Assembly (NCBI RefSeq): GCF_044324785.1
Contig: NZ_CP172127.1
DNA length: 64,000 bases
Source: Escherichia coli
Lineage (GTDB): Bacteria; Pseudomonadota; Gammaproteobacteria; Enterobacterales; Enterobacteriaceae
Strand: one strand, 5' to 3'
The first letter of the stretch is position 1, and every line of letters begins with the position of its first letter. Shown here in pieces: positions 45,699 through 56,817 of this stretch. The notes beneath the pieces are model-generated. The model saw only the letters and a list, made by a program, of their open reading frames with translations. It was not told where the DNA came from and searched no databases. Both the position numbers and the translations under genes were made by a program.

Positions 45699-46853
45699 AT
45701 GTCTGAACAATTAGTCACACCTGAAAACGTCACCACGAAAGATGGAAAAATCAACCTGCTGGATCTCAACCGTCAGCAGATGCGGGAGTTTTTTAAAGAT
45801 TTAGGTGAAAAACCCTTCCGCGCCGATCAGGTGATGAAGTGGATGTATCACTATTGCTGCGACAACTTTGATGAGATGACCGACATCAACAAAGTGTTGC
45901 GCGGCAAGCTGAAAGAGGTGGCGGAAATCCGTGCACCGGAAGTGGTTGAAGAACAGCGTTCATCTGACGGCACCATTAAATGGGCGATCGCCGTTGGCGA
46001 TCAGCGCGTTGAAACGGTGTATATCCCGGAAGACGACCGTGCCACGCTCTGCGTCTCTTCGCAGGTGGGGTGTGCGCTGGAGTGTAAATTCTGTTCCACC
46101 GCCCAGCAGGGCTTTAACCGCAACCTGCGGGTATCGGAAATTATCGGCCAGGTGTGGCGTGCAGCGAAAATCGTCGGCGCAGCAAAAGTCACCGGTCAGC
46201 GTCCAATCACTAACGTAGTGATGATGGGCATGGGCGAGCCGCTGCTCAACCTGAACAACGTCGTTCCGGCGATGGAAATCATGCTTGATGATTTCGGTTT
46301 TGGCCTGTCAAAACGTCGCGTCACGCTTTCCACTTCCGGTGTGGTTCCGGCGCTGGATAAACTGGGCGATATGATCGACGTTGCGCTGGCTATCTCCCTG
46401 CACGCGCCGAACGACGAAATTCGTGACGAAATTGTGCCGATCAACAAAAAGTACAATATCGAAACGTTCCTTGCGGCGGTGCGCCGTTATCTGGAGAAAT
46501 CCAACGCCAATCAGGGCCGAGTCACTATTGAATACGTGATGCTTGACCACGTTAACGACGGCACTGAACACGCGCACCAACTGGCGGAGCTACTGAAAGA
46601 TACGCCGTGTAAGATCAACCTGATCCCGTGGAACCCGTTCCCTGGCGCGCCGTATGGACGCAGTTCGAACAGCCGTATCGACCGTTTCTCAAAAGTGCTG
46701 ATGAGCTACGGTTTCACCACTATTGTGCGTAAAACTCGTGGTGATGATATCGATGCTGCCTGTGGTCAGTTGGCGGGCGATGTTATCGACCGTACGAAAC
46801 GTACCCTGCGTAAACGGATGCAGGGTGAAGCCATCGATATTAAAGCGGTCTGA
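45699..46853 (+). CDS. rlmN: Radical-SAM 23S rRNA/tRNA adenine-C2 methyltransferase RlmN
   Basis: 384 aa; radical SAM CxxxCxxC (CALECKFC) and C-terminal Cys. Confidence 0.95.
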
Positions 46854-46858
46854 TAGCC

Positions 46859-46900
46859 ATTACGCCACGGTTACTTTATGTACCGTGGCGTAATCTTTTA
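46859..46900 (+). terminator. Intrinsic terminator downstream of rlmN
   Basis: 13-bp stem attacgccacggt / accgtggcgtaat followed by ctttta. Confidence 0.6.
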
Positions 46901-47137
46901 TGAATGAAGTATTAAGTTGCAATTGTCTGGTCAATATTAACGGTGCGTTTTTGCTGACTTTAAGGCAGTATGTAACGATGCAACAGTAAGTTAGCCTTAG
47001 TGAATGTGGGCTTTGTCACGAGCACACAGACGGTCTTATACTGTATGATAACGGTTAACTTAACGGATGTTTCGCGGTGTGGGTGAGCATGATGGTTCAC
47101 CGGCATCTCAATTCTCATTTAAACGTACCTGCAGCGA

Positions 47138-48151
47138 ATGAATACTGAAGCCACGCACGACCAAAATGAAGCACTTACTACCGGCGCTCGCCTGCGTAAT
47201 GCTCGCGAACAACTAGGACTTAGTCAGCAGGCCGTTGCCGAGCGACTTTGCCTGAAGGTTTCCACGGTACGCGACATTGAAGAAGATAAGGCACCCGCCG
47301 ATCTTGCTTCAACATTCCTGCGCGGATATATCCGCTCTTATGCGCGTCTGGTACATATTCCAGAAGAAGAACTGCTGCCAGGGCTGGAAAAGCAGGCTCC
47401 ACTGCGGGCTGCAAAAGTTGCGCCGATGCAGAGTTTTTCCCTTGGTAAACGCCGCAAAAAACGTGACGGCTGGCTGATGACCTTCACCTGGCTGGTGTTG
47501 TTTGTGGTTATTGGTCTGAGCGGTGCCTGGTGGTGGCAAGACCACAAGGCTCAGCAGGAAGAGATCACCACTATGGCCGATCAATCTTCGGCAGAACTGA
47601 GCAGTAATAGCGAGCAGGGGCAGAGTGTTCCGTTAAATACGTCGACAACTACAGACCCGGCTGCAACGTCCACGCCGCCAGCGTCTGTGGATACTACCGC
47701 AACCAACACGCAAACACCTGCCGTAACTGCGCCAGCACCAGCTGTTGATCCGCAACAGAATGCGGTTGTTTCGCCTTCGCAGGCAAATGTTGATACCGCC
47801 GCGACCCCGGCACCAACGGCAACAACAACGCCAGATGGTGCTGCGCCGTTGCCAACCGATCAGGCTGGCGTGACCACGCCGGTGGCTGATCCGAATGCGC
47901 TGGTGATGAACTTTACTGCCGATTGTTGGCTGGAGGTCACTGATGCTACCGGTAAAAAACTGTTTAGCGGTATGCAGCGTAAAGACGGTAATTTGAACTT
48001 AACCGGCCAGGCACCGTACAAACTGAAAATTGGTGCGCCAGCCGCAGTACAGATCCAGTATCAAGGGAAACCTGTCGATCTGAGTCGTTTTATCAGAACT
48101 AACCAGGTTGCGCGTCTGACCCTCAATGCCGAACAATCACCGGCGCAGTAA
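47138..48151 (+). CDS. rodZ: Cytoskeleton protein RodZ (HTH, single TM, Pro/Thr/Ala-rich periplasmic linker)
   Basis: 337 aa; N-terminal Xre-type HTH, TM segment [16 protein letters not shown], low-complexity linker. Confidence 0.9.
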   Translation: MNTEATHDQNEALTTGARLRNAREQLGLSQQAVAERLCLKVSTVRDIEEDKAPADLASTFLRGYIRSYARLVHIPEEELLPGLEKQAPLRAAKVAPMQSFSLGKRRKKRDGWLMTFTWLVLFVVIGLSGAWWWQDHKAQQEEITTMADQSSAELSSNSEQGQSVPLNTSTTTDPAATSTPPASVDTTATNTQTPAVTAPAPAVDPQQNAVVSPSQANVDTAATPAPTATTTPDGAAPLPTDQAGVTTPVADPNALVMNFTADCWLEVTDATGKKLFSGMQRKDGNLNLTGQAPYKLKIGAPAAVQIQYQGKPVDLSRFIRTNQVARLTLNAEQSPAQ

Positions 48152-48177
48152 CAGACGGGTAACGCGGGAGATTTTTC

Positions 48178-49296
48178 ATGCATAACCAGGCTCCAATTCA
48201 ACGTAGAAAATCAACACGTATTTACGTTGGGAATGTGCCGATTGGCGATGGTGCTCCCATCGCCGTACAGTCCATGACCAATACGCGTACGACAGACGTC
48301 GAAGCAACGGTCAATCAAATCAAGGCGCTGGAACGCGTTGGCGCTGATATCGTCCGTGTCTCCGTACCGACGATGGACGCGGCAGAAGCGTTCAAACTCA
48401 TCAAACAGCAGGTTAACGTGCCGCTGGTGGCTGACATCCACTTCGACTATCGCATTGCGCTGAAAGTAGCGGAATACGGCGTCGATTGTCTGCGTATTAA
48501 CCCTGGCAATATCGGTAATGAAGAGCGTATTCGCATGGTGGTTGACTGTGCGCGCGATAAAAACATTCCGATCCGTATTGGCGTTAACGCCGGATCGCTG
48601 GAAAAAGATCTGCAAGAAAAGTATGGCGAACCGACGCCGCAGGCGTTGCTGGAATCCGCCATGCGTCATGTTGATCATCTCGATCGCCTGAACTTCGATC
48701 AGTTCAAAGTCAGCGTGAAAGCGTCAGACGTCTTCCTCGCTGTTGAGTCTTATCGTTTGCTGGCAAAACAGATCGATCAGCCGCTGCATCTGGGGATCAC
48801 CGAAGCGGGTGGTGCGCGCAGCGGGGCGGTTAAATCCGCCATTGGTTTAGGTCTGCTGCTGTCTGAAGGCATCGGCGACACGCTGCGCGTATCGCTGGCG
48901 GCCGATCCGGTTGAAGAGATCAAAGTCGGTTTCGATATTTTGAAATCGCTGCGTATCCGTTCGCGAGGGATCAACTTCATCGCCTGCCCGACCTGTTCGC
49001 GTCAGGAATTTGATGTTATCGGTACGGTTAACGCGCTGGAGCAACGCCTGGAAGATATCATCACTCCGATGGACGTTTCGATTATCGGCTGCGTGGTGAA
49101 TGGCCCAGGTGAGGCGCTGGTTTCTACACTCGGCGTCACCGGCGGCAACAAGAAAAGCGGCCTCTATGAAGATGGCGTGCGCAAAGACCGTCTGGACAAC
49201 AACGATATGATCGACCAGCTGGAAGCACGCATTCGTGCGAAAGCCAGTCAGCTGGACGAAGCGCGTCGAATTGACGTTCAGCAGGTTGAAAAATAA
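48178..49296 (+). CDS. ispG: 4-hydroxy-3-methylbut-2-enyl diphosphate synthase (MEP pathway)
   Basis: 372 aa, Cys ligands ([15 protein letters not shown]). Confidence 0.95.
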
Positions 49297-49386
49297 TAAC
49301 GTGATGGGAAGCGCCTCGCTTCCCGTGTATGATTGAACCCGCATGGCTCCCGAAACATTGAGGGAAGCGTTGAGGGTTCATTTTTA
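49297..49386 (+). ncRNA. sroE: Probable SroE-like 3'UTR-derived sRNA between ispG and hisS
   Basis: Two stem-loops (gggaagcg cctc cgcttccc; tgaaccc...gggttca) followed by T5 at 49381-49385; from memory, SroE sits in this spacer in K-12. Confidence 0.45.
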
Positions 49387-49406
49387 TATTCAGAAAGAGA
49401 ATAAAC

Positions 49407-50681
49407 GTGGCAAAAAACATTCAAGCCATTCGCGGCATGAACGATTACCTGCCTGGCGAAACGGCCATCTGGCAGCGCATTGAAGGCACACTGAAAAACG
49501 TGCTCGGCAGCTACGGTTACAGTGAAATCCGCTTGCCGATTGTAGAGCAGACCCCGCTATTCAAACGTGCGATTGGTGAAGTCACCGACGTGGTTGAAAA
49601 AGAGATGTACACCTTTGAGGATCGCAATGGCGACAGCCTTACTCTGCGCCCTGAAGGGACGGCGGGCTGTGTACGCGCCGGCATCGAGCATGGTCTTCTG
49701 TACAATCAGGAACAGCGTCTGTGGTATATCGGGCCGATGTTCCGTCACGAGCGTCCGCAGAAAGGGCGTTATCGTCAGTTCCATCAGTTGGGCTGCGAAG
49801 TTTTCGGTCTGCAAGGTCCGGATATCGACGCTGAACTGATTATGCTCACTGCCCGCTGGTGGCGCGCGCTGGGTATTTCCGAGCACGTAACTCTTGAGCT
49901 GAACTCTATCGGTTCGCTGGAAGCACGCGCCAATTACCGCGATGCGCTGGTGGCATTCCTTGAGCAGCATAAAGAAAAGCTGGACGAAGACTGCAAACGC
50001 CGCATGTACACTAACCCGCTGCGCGTGCTGGATTCAAAAAATCCAGAAGTGCAGGCGCTTCTCAACGACGCTCCGGCATTAGGCGATTATCTGGACGAGG
50101 AATCTCGTGAGCATTTTGCCGGTCTGTGCAAACTGCTTGAGAGCGCGGGGATCGCTTACACCGTAAACCAGCGTCTGGTGCGTGGTCTGGATTACTATAA
50201 CCGTACCGTTTTCGAGTGGGTGACTAACAGCCTCGGTTCCCAGGGCACCGTGTGTGCAGGCGGTCGTTATGACGGTCTGGTGGAACAACTGGGTGGTCGT
50301 GCAACACCGGCAGTCGGTTTTGCGATGGGCCTCGAACGTCTTGTATTGTTAGTACAGGCCGTTAATCCGGAATTTAAAGCCGATCCTGTTGTCGATATAT
50401 ACCTGGTGGCTTCAGGTGCTGATACACAATCTGCGGCTATGGCATTAGCTGAGCGTCTGCGTGATGAATTACCGGGCGTGAAACTGATGACCAACCACGG
50501 CGGCGGCAACTTTAAGAAACAGTTTGCCCGTGCTGATAAATGGGGTGCCCGCGTTGCTGTGGTGCTGGGTGAGTCTGAAGTGGCTAACGGCACAGCAGTA
50601 GTGAAGGATTTGCGCTCTGGTGAGCAAACGGCAGTTGCGCAGGATAGCGTAGCCGCGCATTTGCGCACGTTACTGGGTTAA
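49407..50681 (+). CDS. hisS: Histidyl-tRNA synthetase
   Basis: 424 aa with GTG start ([16 protein letters not shown]), class II aaRS motifs. Confidence 0.95.
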
Positions 50682-50698
50682 GGAAGGAGAAGGACAGC

Positions 50699-51319
50699 GT
50701 GGAAATTTACGAGAACGAAAACGACCAGGTAGAAGCGGTTAAACGCTTTTTTGCTGAAAATGGCAAAGCACTGGCTGTTGGGGTGATTTTGGGCGTTGGC
50801 GCACTGATTGGCTGGCGCTACTGGAACAGCCATCAGGTTGATTCTGCACGCTCCGCTTCTCTTGCCTATCAAAATGCGGTTACCGCAGTGAGCGAAGGCA
50901 AACCGGATAGCATCCCGGCGGCGGAAAAATTTGCTGCTGAAAATAAAAATACTTATGGTGCGCTGGCTTCTTTGGAACTTGCGCAGCAATTTGTTGACAA
51001 AAATGAACTAGAGAAAGCTGCCGCCCAGTTACAACAGGGGCTGGCAGACACGAGCGATGAAAATCTCAAAGCCGTGATAAATCTGCGTCTTGCTCGCGTT
51101 CAGGTACAGCTCAAGCAGGCTGATGCCGCGCTGAAAACCCTTGATACCATCAAAGGTGAAGGGTGGGCTGCCATTGTTGCCGACCTGCGTGGTGAAGCAT
51201 TGCTGAGCAAAGGTGATAAGCAAGGTGCGCGTAGTGCATGGGAAGCAGGCGTGAAAAGCGATGTTACTCCGGCACTGAGCGAAATGATGCAGATGAAAAT
51301 TAATAATTTGTCCATCTGA
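50699..51319 (+). CDS. yfgM: Membrane-anchored TPR-like protein YfgM (ancillary SecYEG translocon subunit)
   Basis: 206 aa, single N-terminal TM then alpha-helical repeats. Confidence 0.9.
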   Translation: MEIYENENDQVEAVKRFFAENGKALAVGVILGVGALIGWRYWNSHQVDSARSASLAYQNAVTAVSEGKPDSIPAAEKFAAENKNTYGALASLELAQQFVDKNELEKAAAQLQQGLADTSDENLKAVINLRLARVQVQLKQADAALKTLDTIKGEGWAAIVADLRGEALLSKGDKQGARSAWEAGVKSDVTPALSEMMQMKINNLSI

Positions 51320-51329
51320 GAGGGACCCG

Positions 51330-52508
51330 ATGCAATTGCGTAAATTACTGCTGCCAGGACTGCTTTCCGTTACCCTTTTAAGCGGCTGTTCGCTGTTTAA
51401 CAGCGAAGAAGATGTGGTAAAGATGTCCCCATTGCCAACCGTTGAAAACCAGTTTACGCCGACCACGGCGTGGAGCACTTCCGTTGGTAGCGGCATTGGC
51501 AACTTCTATTCCAATCTTCATCCGGCACTGGCGGACAACGTTGTCTATGCAGCGGACCGCGCTGGTTTAGTAAAAGCGCTGAATGCGGATGATGGCAAAG
51601 AAATCTGGTCTGTCAGCCTGGCCGAGAAAGATGGCTGGTTCTCTAAAGAGCCTGCATTACTTTCTGGCGGTGTGACCGTGTCTGGTGGGCATGTCTACAT
51701 TGGCAGCGAAAAGGCGCAGGTTTACGCGCTGAATACCAGCGATGGTACTGTGGCATGGCAAACTAAAGTCGCGGGTGAAGCACTTTCGCGCCCGGTGGTC
51801 AGCGACGGTCTGGTGTTAATCCACACCAGTAACGGTCAGTTACAAGCGCTGAACGAAGTTGACGGCGCTGTCAAATGGACAGTTAACCTCGATATGCCTT
51901 CGCTCTCTTTGCGTGGCGAGTCTGCGCCGGCAACGGCTTTTGGTGCGGCCGTCGTGGGGGGCGATAATGGTCGCGTCAGCGCAGTGCTGATGGAACAGGG
52001 CCAGATGATTTGGCAGCAGCGTATTTCCCAGGCGACCGGTTCTACCGAAATTGACCGTCTGAGCGATGTTGACACGACTCCCGTCGTTGTTAACGGCGTT
52101 GTTTTCGCGCTGGCCTATAATGGTAACCTGACGGCGCTTGATCTGCGCAGTGGTCAGATTATGTGGAAACGCGAACTGGGTTCGGTGAATGATTTCATCG
52201 TCGATGGCAATCGCATCTATCTGGTCGATCAAAATGACCGGGTGATGGCGTTGACCATTGATGGCGGCGTTACGCTGTGGACACAAAGCGATCTGCTGCA
52301 TCGCCTGCTGACTTCTCCGGTGCTGTATAATGGCAACCTGGTGGTAGGTGACAGCGAAGGTTATCTGCACTGGATTAACGTCGAAGATGGTCGTTTCGTT
52401 GCCCAGCAAAAAGTTGATAGTTCCGGTTTCCAGACTGAACCGGTTGCCGCTGACGGCAAACTGCTGATCCAGGCAAAAGACGGAACCGTGTACTCTATTA
52501 CACGTTAA
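51330..52508 (+). CDS. bamB: Outer-membrane assembly lipoprotein BamB (beta-propeller)
   Basis: 392 aa, lipobox LLSGC, repeated propeller blades. Confidence 0.95.
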   Translation: MQLRKLLLPGLLSVTLLSGCSLFNSEEDVVKMSPLPTVENQFTPTTAWSTSVGSGIGNFYSNLHPALADNVVYAADRAGLVKALNADDGKEIWSVSLAEKDGWFSKEPALLSGGVTVSGGHVYIGSEKAQVYALNTSDGTVAWQTKVAGEALSRPVVSDGLVLIHTSNGQLQALNEVDGAVKWTVNLDMPSLSLRGESAPATAFGAAVVGGDNGRVSAVLMEQGQMIWQQRISQATGSTEIDRLSDVDTTPVVVNGVVFALAYNGNLTALDLRSGQIMWKRELGSVNDFIVDGNRIYLVDQNDRVMALTIDGGVTLWTQSDLLHRLLTSPVLYNGNLVVGDSEGYLHWINVEDGRFVAQQKVDSSGFQTEPVAADGKLLIQAKDGTVYSITR

Positions 52509-52529
52509 TCGTCTCTGTCGTTCACTTTG

Positions 52530-52566
52530 AAAACGGCTCCTGGACAGGGGCCGTTTTCCTGTTTTT
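52530..52566 (+). terminator. Intrinsic terminator downstream of bamB
   Basis: Hairpin aaacggc...gccgttt followed by cctgttttt. Confidence 0.55.
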
Positions 52567-52625
52567 AACAACGACACGAATATAGCGTGCGTTGTCTGAT
52601 GATTTATAAAAATGAGGCTTTAAAC

Positions 52626-54098
52626 ATGGTACCTGTGGTCGCGCTTGTCGGGCGCCCTAACGTAGGAAAATCCACGTTATTTAACCGTCTAACTCGCACC
52701 CGAGATGCGCTGGTTGCGGATTTCCCGGGTCTGACTCGTGACCGTAAGTACGGTCGTGCAGAAATTGAAGGCCGTGAGTTTATCTGCATTGATACCGGCG
52801 GGATTGATGGTACAGAAGACGGTGTAGAAACCCGTATGGCGGAACAGTCGCTGCTGGCGATTGAAGAAGCGGACGTCGTACTGTTTATGGTGGATGCGCG
52901 CGCGGGCCTGATGCCGGCGGATGAAGCGATTGCCAAACATCTGCGCTCCCGTGAAAAACCGACCTTCCTGGTGGCAAACAAAACTGACGGTCTGGATCCC
53001 GATCAGGCAGTGGTTGATTTCTACTCGCTTGGTTTAGGGGAAATCTACCCGATCGCCGCGTCTCACGGTCGTGGCGTATTAAGTCTGCTGGAGCATGTGC
53101 TGCTGCCGTGGATGGAAGATCTCGCACCGCAAGAGGAAGTCGACGAAGACGCTGAATACTGGGCGCAATTTGAAGCAGAAGAAAACGGCGAAGAAGAAGA
53201 GGAAGATGACTTCGACCCGCAAAGTCTGCCAATCAAACTGGCGATTGTGGGTCGTCCGAACGTAGGTAAGTCTACACTCACGAACCGTATTCTTGGTGAA
53301 GAGCGCGTTGTTGTTTACGACATGCCTGGCACGACGCGTGACAGCATCTACATTCCAATGGAACGCGACGGACGTGAGTATGTACTCATTGACACCGCTG
53401 GCGTACGTAAACGCGGCAAAATCACCGATGCTGTAGAGAAGTTCTCGGTAATCAAAACGTTGCAGGCCATTGAAGATGCCAACGTGGTGATGTTGGTGAT
53501 TGATGCGCGCGAAGGTATTTCCGATCAGGATCTCTCCCTGCTGGGCTTTATTCTCAATAGTGGGCGCTCACTTGTCATTGTGGTGAATAAGTGGGATGGC
53601 CTGAGCCAGGAAGTGAAAGAGCAGGTGAAAGAAACGCTGGACTTCCGTCTGGGCTTTATCGATTTTGCTCGTGTGCACTTTATCTCTGCCTTGCACGGCA
53701 GTGGTGTTGGTAATCTGTTTGAATCAGTACGTGAAGCGTATGACAGCTCCACCCGTCGTGTGGGGACCTCTATGCTGACGCGCATCATGACGATGGCTGT
53801 TGAAGATCACCAGCCGCCGCTGGTACGTGGTCGTCGTGTGAAGCTGAAATATGCCCACGCTGGTGGTTATAACCCGCCGATTGTGGTGATTCACGGTAAC
53901 CAGGTGAAAGACCTGCCGGATTCCTACAAGCGTTACTTGATGAACTACTTCCGCAAATCGCTGGACGTAATGGGATCGCCGATTCGTATTCAGTTCAAAG
54001 AAGGGGAAAACCCGTATGCGAACAAGCGTAACACCCTGACGCCAACCCAGATGCGTAAACGTAAGCGCCTGATGAAGCATATCAAGAAAAGTAAGTAA
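52626..54098 (+). CDS. der: Ribosome-associated GTPase Der (EngA), tandem GTPase domains plus KH-like domain
   Basis: 490 aa from [16 protein letters not shown]; second P-loop GRPNVGKST; acidic linker between the GTPase domains. Confidence 0.9.
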   Translation: MVPVVALVGRPNVGKSTLFNRLTRTRDALVADFPGLTRDRKYGRAEIEGREFICIDTGGIDGTEDGVETRMAEQSLLAIEEADVVLFMVDARAGLMPADEAIAKHLRSREKPTFLVANKTDGLDPDQAVVDFYSLGLGEIYPIAASHGRGVLSLLEHVLLPWMEDLAPQEEVDEDAEYWAQFEAEENGEEEEEDDFDPQSLPIKLAIVGRPNVGKSTLTNRILGEERVVVYDMPGTTRDSIYIPMERDGREYVLIDTAGVRKRGKITDAVEKFSVIKTLQAIEDANVVMLVIDAREGISDQDLSLLGFILNSGRSLVIVVNKWDGLSQEVKEQVKETLDFRLGFIDFARVHFISALHGSGVGNLFESVREAYDSSTRRVGTSMLTRIMTMAVEDHQPPLVRGRRVKLKYAHAGGYNPPIVVIHGNQVKDLPDSYKRYLMNYFRKSLDVMGSPIRIQFKEGENPYANKRNTLTPTQMRKRKRLMKHIKKSK

Positions 54099-54160
54099 TC
54101 ACTTATCTGGTTTCCCTTTCCACACGGAGAGGGAAACCGAATAACACGCGAGGAGTATTT

Positions 54161-54376
54161 ATGGCACTCAACTGTCCAACCTGCAAAATCCCTCTCGAAC
54201 GCAATGGCGAGACTGCCCACTGTGCAACTTGCGACAAAGACTTTACCGTCCAGGCACTTTGCCCTGAGTGTCATCAGCCGTTACAAGTGTTAAAAGCTTG
54301 TGGTGCTGTGGATTATTTCTGCCAACATGGGCACGGTTTAATATCTAAAAAACGCGTTGAATTTGTTATTGCTTAA
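54161..54376 (+). CDS. yfgJ: Small zinc-ribbon protein YfgJ
   Basis: 71 aa with four CxxC pairs (CPTC, CATC, CPEC, CQHG region). Confidence 0.8.
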   Translation: MALNCPTCKIPLERNGETAHCATCDKDFTVQALCPECHQPLQVLKACGAVDYFCQHGHGLISKKRVEFVIA

Positions 54377-54585
54377 TATCATGTGAATATATTGTTTTAT
54401 CATTTATATTTAATATGTGAATGGTAAAACAATCTGTTATTAGTGGAATAACTAATGTAATTGAGTGAAATCACTAATTTAAATAATTAAGAATATATTT
54501 ATTCTTTATGACATGCCTTTCTGAATAATCAGGGATACAATATTAAAGCTTATTTTTGACTGTATCATTGTCACAGGGAAAGTGC

Positions 54586-56763
54586 ATGCTGCGATGGAAA
54601 CGCTGTATTATTCTAACATTTATCTCTGGTGCTGCTTTCGCGGCACCAGAGATAAATGTTAAGCAAAACGAATCGTTACCTGATTTAGGTAGCCAGGCAG
54701 CACAGCAGGATGAACAAACCAACAAGGGTAAATCGCTGAAAGAGCGCGGAGCCGATTACGTCATCAACTCCGCCACGCAAGGGTTTGAAAACTTGACCCC
54801 TGAGGCGCTGGAATCTCAGGCCAAAAGCTATCTGCAAAGTCAAATCACCTCAACCGCACAATCTTATATTGAAGACACACTCTCTCCCTACGGTAAGGTC
54901 CGTTCGAACCTCTCCATTGGCCAGGGCGGCGATCTGGATGGCAGTTCCATCGATTATTTTGTTCCCTGGTACGATAATCAAACCACTGTTTATTTCAGTC
55001 AATTTTCTGCGCAACGAAAAGAAGATCGTACAATCGGGAATATTGGTCTTGGAGTAAGACATAATTTTGATGAATGGTTATTGGGTGGAAATATATTTTA
55101 TGATTATGATTTTACCCGAGGACATCGCCGTTTAGGTTTAGGCGGCGAAGCGTGGACTGATTATTTAAAATTCTCTGGCAACTATTATCATCCGCTTTCT
55201 GACTGGAAAGACTCTGAAGATTTCGACTTTTATGAAGAACGCCCTGCGCGCGGCTGGGATATTCGTGCCGAAGCCTGGTTACCTTCTTATCCGCAACTGG
55301 GGGGCAAAGTTGTCTTCGAGCAATATTACGGCGATGAAGTCGCCCTTTTTGGTACGGATAATTTGGAGAAAGATCCCTACGCGGTAACGCTTGGACTGAA
55401 TTATCAACCGGTGCCATTACTGACCGTTGGGACGGATTATAAAGCAGGGACCGGAGATAACAGCGATGTCAGCATTAATGCCACTCTTAATTATCAGTTC
55501 GGCGTTCCGCTAAAAGATCAATTGGATAGCGATAAAGTGAAAGCGGCTCACTCGTTGATGGGCAGTCGTCATGATTTTGTTGAGCGTAATAACTTTATTG
55601 TTCTGGAATACAAAGAAAAAGATCCGCTTGATGTCACCCTGTGGTTAAAAGCGGATGCCACCAACGAGCACCCTGAGTGCGTCATTAAGGACACTCCCGA
55701 AGCGGCCGTCGGGCTGGAAAAATGTAAATGGACCATTAACGCGCTTATCAACCACCACTACAAAATTGTCGCTGCGTCATGGCAGGCGAAAAACAATGCT
55801 GCCCGCACGCTGGTTATGCCGGTTATCAAAGAGAATACCCTGACAGAGGGTAACAATAACCACTGGAACCTGGTGCTGCCCGCCTGGCAGTACAGCTCTG
55901 ACAAAGCCGAACAAGAAAAACTCAATACCTGGCGAGTACGTCTGGCACTGGAAGATGAAAAGGGCAACCGACAGAACTCTGGCATGGTGGAAATCACCGT
56001 TCAGCAGGACCGTAAAATTGAGTTGATTGTTAATAACATCGCGAACGTGCCGGAAGAGAACAACCACAGCCATGAAGCCAGCGCCCAGGCAGATGGCGTT
56101 GATGGTGTGGTGATGGATCTCGATGTAACCGACAGCTTTGGCGATAACACCGACCGCAACGGCGATGCGCTGCCGGAAGATAACCTCACGCCGCAGCTTT
56201 ACGACGCGCAGGACAAACGAGTGACGTTAACCAACAAGCCTTGCTCGACCGACAACCCCTGCGTTTTTATCGCTAAACAAGATAAAGAAAAGGGCACTGT
56301 CACCCTCTCCAGTACCTTACCCGGCACCTATCGCTGGAAAGCAAAAGCCGCGCCCTACGACGACAGTAACTATGTGGATGTCACTTTCCTCGGGACAGAA
56401 ATTGGTGGGCTAAATGCATTTATCTATCGTGTGGGGGCAGCTAAACCCAGCAACCTGATAGGTAAAGATAAAGAACCGCTGCCGCTCAACAACACTTATC
56501 GATTTGTTTTGTGGCGTGACAGCAATAAAGACGGTGTCTTCCAGCAGGTCGAAAAACTGACTGACGAAGAGATGGCGCAGTACGACTACAAGTGGGAATT
56601 TACCGGCAAGAGCATCAATGGTGAAGTGGGTGCACAGGCGAACACATCCAATGAGGACATTGTGATTCCGGCCACTAACCGCGAAGCGGCGCAAACCTAT
56701 GGCGCACAAGCGGGAGATGGCTTGCAGGGATACGGTTTACGCGTGCTGTATACCAAAAAATAA
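54586..56763 (+). CDS. sinH: Intimin/invasin-family inverse autotransporter (SinH-like)
   Basis: Signal peptide MLRWKRCIILTFISGAAFA; region ERPARGWDIRAEAWLPSYPQLGGKVVFEQYYGD...GSRHDFVERNNFIVLEYKEK resembles the intimin/invasin beta-barrel as I remember it; C-terminal passenger; lies next to sinI and ratA. Confidence 0.7.
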   Translation: MLRWKRCIILTFISGAAFAAPEINVKQNESLPDLGSQAAQQDEQTNKGKSLKERGADYVINSATQGFENLTPEALESQAKSYLQSQITSTAQSYIEDTLSPYGKVRSNLSIGQGGDLDGSSIDYFVPWYDNQTTVYFSQFSAQRKEDRTIGNIGLGVRHNFDEWLLGGNIFYDYDFTRGHRRLGLGGEAWTDYLKFSGNYYHPLSDWKDSEDFDFYEERPARGWDIRAEAWLPSYPQLGGKVVFEQYYGDEVALFGTDNLEKDPYAVTLGLNYQPVPLLTVGTDYKAGTGDNSDVSINATLNYQFGVPLKDQLDSDKVKAAHSLMGSRHDFVERNNFIVLEYKEKDPLDVTLWLKADATNEHPECVIKDTPEAAVGLEKCKWTINALINHHYKIVAASWQAKNNAARTLVMPVIKENTLTEGNNNHWNLVLPAWQYSSDKAEQEKLNTWRVRLALEDEKGNRQNSGMVEITVQQDRKIELIVNNIANVPEENNHSHEASAQADGVDGVVMDLDVTDSFGDNTDRNGDALPEDNLTPQLYDAQDKRVTLTNKPCSTDNPCVFIAKQDKEKGTVTLSSTLPGTYRWKAKAAPYDDSNYVDVTFLGTEIGGLNAFIYRVGAAKPSNLIGKDKEPLPLNNTYRFVLWRDSNKDGVFQQVEKLTDEEMAQYDYKWEFTGKSINGEVGAQANTSNEDIVIPATNREAAQTYGAQAGDGLQGYGLRVLYTKK

Positions 56764-56817
56764 GATTGGCGTAAGGCCAGTCGGCCAGTCGCTGAAGGTT
56801 CATTAAGGAGAGCATCA

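Noticed and set aside
47560-47900. Low-complexity Thr/Pro/Ala-rich stretch in rodZ that could be mistaken for a DNA repeat
   Set aside because: It is the known periplasmic linker of RodZ, a biased-composition coding sequence and not a repeat element.
51840-52577. 245-aa - strand ORF antisense to bamB
   Set aside because: Antisense shadow ORF; bamB on the + strand is well supported by lipobox and propeller repeats.
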